64,000 bases of DNA from Clostridia bacterium (GTDB lineage: Bacteria > Bacillota > Clostridia > Oscillospirales > CAG-382), in contig JAFZDO010000001.1 of NCBI GenBank assembly GCA_017561145.1, positions 2,935 through 66,934 of the forward strand, read 5' to 3'. The translations under genes were made by a program, and so were the position numbers. Positions 62,612 through 64,000 of the stretch are shown here, one piece after another (the first letter of the stretch is position 1; every line of letters starts with the position of its first letter). Below the pieces are notes generated by a model, which was not told where the DNA came from, made no database searches, and saw only the letters and a list, made by a program, of their open reading frames with translations.

Positions 62612-64000
62612 ATGGAATTAAAGAGATGCTCGCGCTGCAAGGTCCGCCCTGCCATAATATTCGTGCAGAAAAACGTAAACGGCAACATCACCAGCGAAGG
62701 ATTTTGCATTAAATGCGCGCAGGAGCTTGGCATCAAGCCTATTGACGACATTATAAATCAAATGAATATAAGCCCCGAGGAGCTCGATGCCATAAGCGAG
62801 GGAATGAACGAAATGATTCCCTTCGGAAACGACGGCGACGAGGAGGGCAGAGCTCCTTCGATAGATATCAACTCGTTTTTCGGTAACAAGCCCGTTGAAG
62901 GCGGCGATAAGACCGAAGGCGATGCAAAGGGCAATGCAAAGCCCAAGGAAAAGGGCAAGAGGGGCATGAGCTACCTTCGAGATTTTTGCATTTGCCTTAC
63001 CGAACGCGCAAGAGAAAACAAGCTTGATAACATTATCGGCCGCGATAACGAGCTTGAGCGCGTTATTCAGATCCTTACAAGACGTCAAAAAAACAATCCT
63101 TGCCTTATCGGCGAGCCCGGTGTCGGCAAGACCGCCGTTGCCGAAGCTTTGGCACAAAAAATCGCTTGCGGCGACGTGCCTTATAAGCTTAAGGACAAGG
63201 AAATTTACCTTGTGGATATGACCGCTATCGTCGCAGGAACTCAATTCCGCGGACAGTTTGAAAACCGTATGCGCGGACTTATTGAGGAAACCAAAAAGTC
63301 GGGCAACGCAATACTCGTTATCGACGAGGTCCATTCTATCGTCGGCGCAGGCAACGCCGAGGGCGGTATGAACGCGGCAAACATCTTAAAGCCCGCACTT
63401 TCACGCGGGGAGATACAGCTTATCGGCGCAACCACGTTAAAGGAATACCGCCAATATATCGAAAAGGACGCCGCTCTCGAGCGTAGGTTCCAGCCCGTTA
63501 TGATAGGCGAGCCCTCGATCGAGGACAGCGTGAAGATACTTCTGGGTATTAAAAAATACTATGAATCGCACCACGGAATAAACATTCCCGATCATCTCGT
63601 GCGCAGAATGGTCACCCTTTCGGAGCGTTATATTACCGACCGCTTCCTCCCCGACAAGGCGATAGACCTTATGGACGAGGCATGCGCACACATGGCGATG
63701 CATTCACCGCTTATTACCGAGATTGCGGAGATAAGCGACGAGATAAAGAAGATACGCAACGAGCTTTCGCCGCTTGAGGGCAAGGACACCCCCGAGGAGG
63801 AGGATTTCCGCCGTATTGCGGAATTGAAGTCGAATCTCCTTCAAAAGGAAGCGCGCTTTAACGAGCTTTCGGCAGAAAGAGACGGTCTTTGCCTTTCGGA
63901 TGACGAGATAGCACGCGTTATCGAGGTTTGGACGGGCATCCCCGCGACCAATATAAGCGAAAACGAATTCGTCAAGATCGAGCGTCTTGAAAACGAGGTC
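62612..64000 (+). CDS. clpE: Clp/Hsp100 AAA+ ATPase with an N-terminal 4-Cys zinc ribbon (ClpE-like); 3' end beyond the window
   Basis: Not in the track because it is open-ended. Manual translation gives MELKRCSRCKVRPAIIFVQKNVNGNITSEGFCIKCAQELG... It then has the Walker A NNPCLIGEPGVGKTA, Walker B ILVIDEVHS, and sensor ERRFQPV. GAGGAG lies 7 nt upstream of the ATG. Confidence 0.8.
   Translation, partial: MELKRCSRCKVRPAIIFVQKNVNGNITSEGFCIKCAQELGIKPIDDIINQMNISPEELDAISEGMNEMIPFGNDGDEEGRAPSIDINSFFGNKPVEGGDKTEGDAKGNAKPKEKGKRGMSYLRDFCICLTERARENKLDNIIGRDNELERVIQILTRRQKNNPCLIGEPGVGKTAVAEALAQKIACGDVPYKLKDKEIYLVDMTAIVAGTQFRGQFENRMRGLIEETKKSGNAILVIDEVHSIVGAGNAEGGMNAANILKPALSRGEIQLIGATTLKEYRQYIEKDAALERRFQPVMIGEPSIEDSVKILLGIKKYYESHHGINIPDHLVRRMVTLSERYITDRFLPDKAIDLMDEACAHMAMHSPLITEIAEISDEIKKIRNELSPLEGKDTPEEEDFRRIAELKSNLLQKEARFNELSAERDGLCLSDDEIARVIEVWTGIPATNISENEFVKIERLENEV

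Overview
This is a 64-kb chromosomal segment from a spore-forming Firmicute. Gene content suggests Clostridia, Oscillospiraceae/Ruminococcaceae-like: a dockerin/cohesin protein, ytvI, ricT/yaaT, SpoIIIE-type ftsK and an ecfA-ecfA-ecfT-truA cluster. The taxon is inference only. There are about 60 protein genes, mostly housekeeping. They include recD2-comF, ftsK, uppP, metY, a ferredoxin, holB-ricT, coaW, a glpA-like three-gene oxidoreductase operon, and a MarR plus heterodimeric ABC exporter. They also include an argG-argH-(amino-acid ABC)-argF operon with ARG-box-like operators, acpP, ruvCAB, ECF energizing module-truA, cvpA, pgsA and a ClpE-like AAA+ protein. Larger accessory-type genes are a 1812-aa S8 peptidase carrying both a dockerin and a cohesin-like module, and a CotH(LTD x4)-VTC-DUF4956-like operon. 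I found no CRISPR array, IS element, integrase or prophage. The most unusual signal is non-coding. Both tRNA genes, tRNA-Ser(GGA) and tRNA-Glu(CUC), are followed by a terminator, then a ~137-nt GC-rich highly structured element. That element ends in an exact copy of the last 20-21 nt of that tRNA including CCA, and a second terminator follows. The element's 5' end is complementary to the copied tRNA T-arm segment, and this closing helix changes with the tRNA while an internal core is conserved. Two further near-identical Ser-type copies punctuate a visibly AT-rich 2.8-kb islet of small unrelated gene cassettes downstream of tRNA-Ser. One copy carries compensatory substitutions. I could not match the element to any RNA or mobile-element class from memory. 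Competing readings are a tRNA-end-mimicking ncRNA, att-site scars of an integrase-less cassette array, or a MITE-like repeat. Many long ORFs in the track are codon-aligned antisense artefacts and were rejected.
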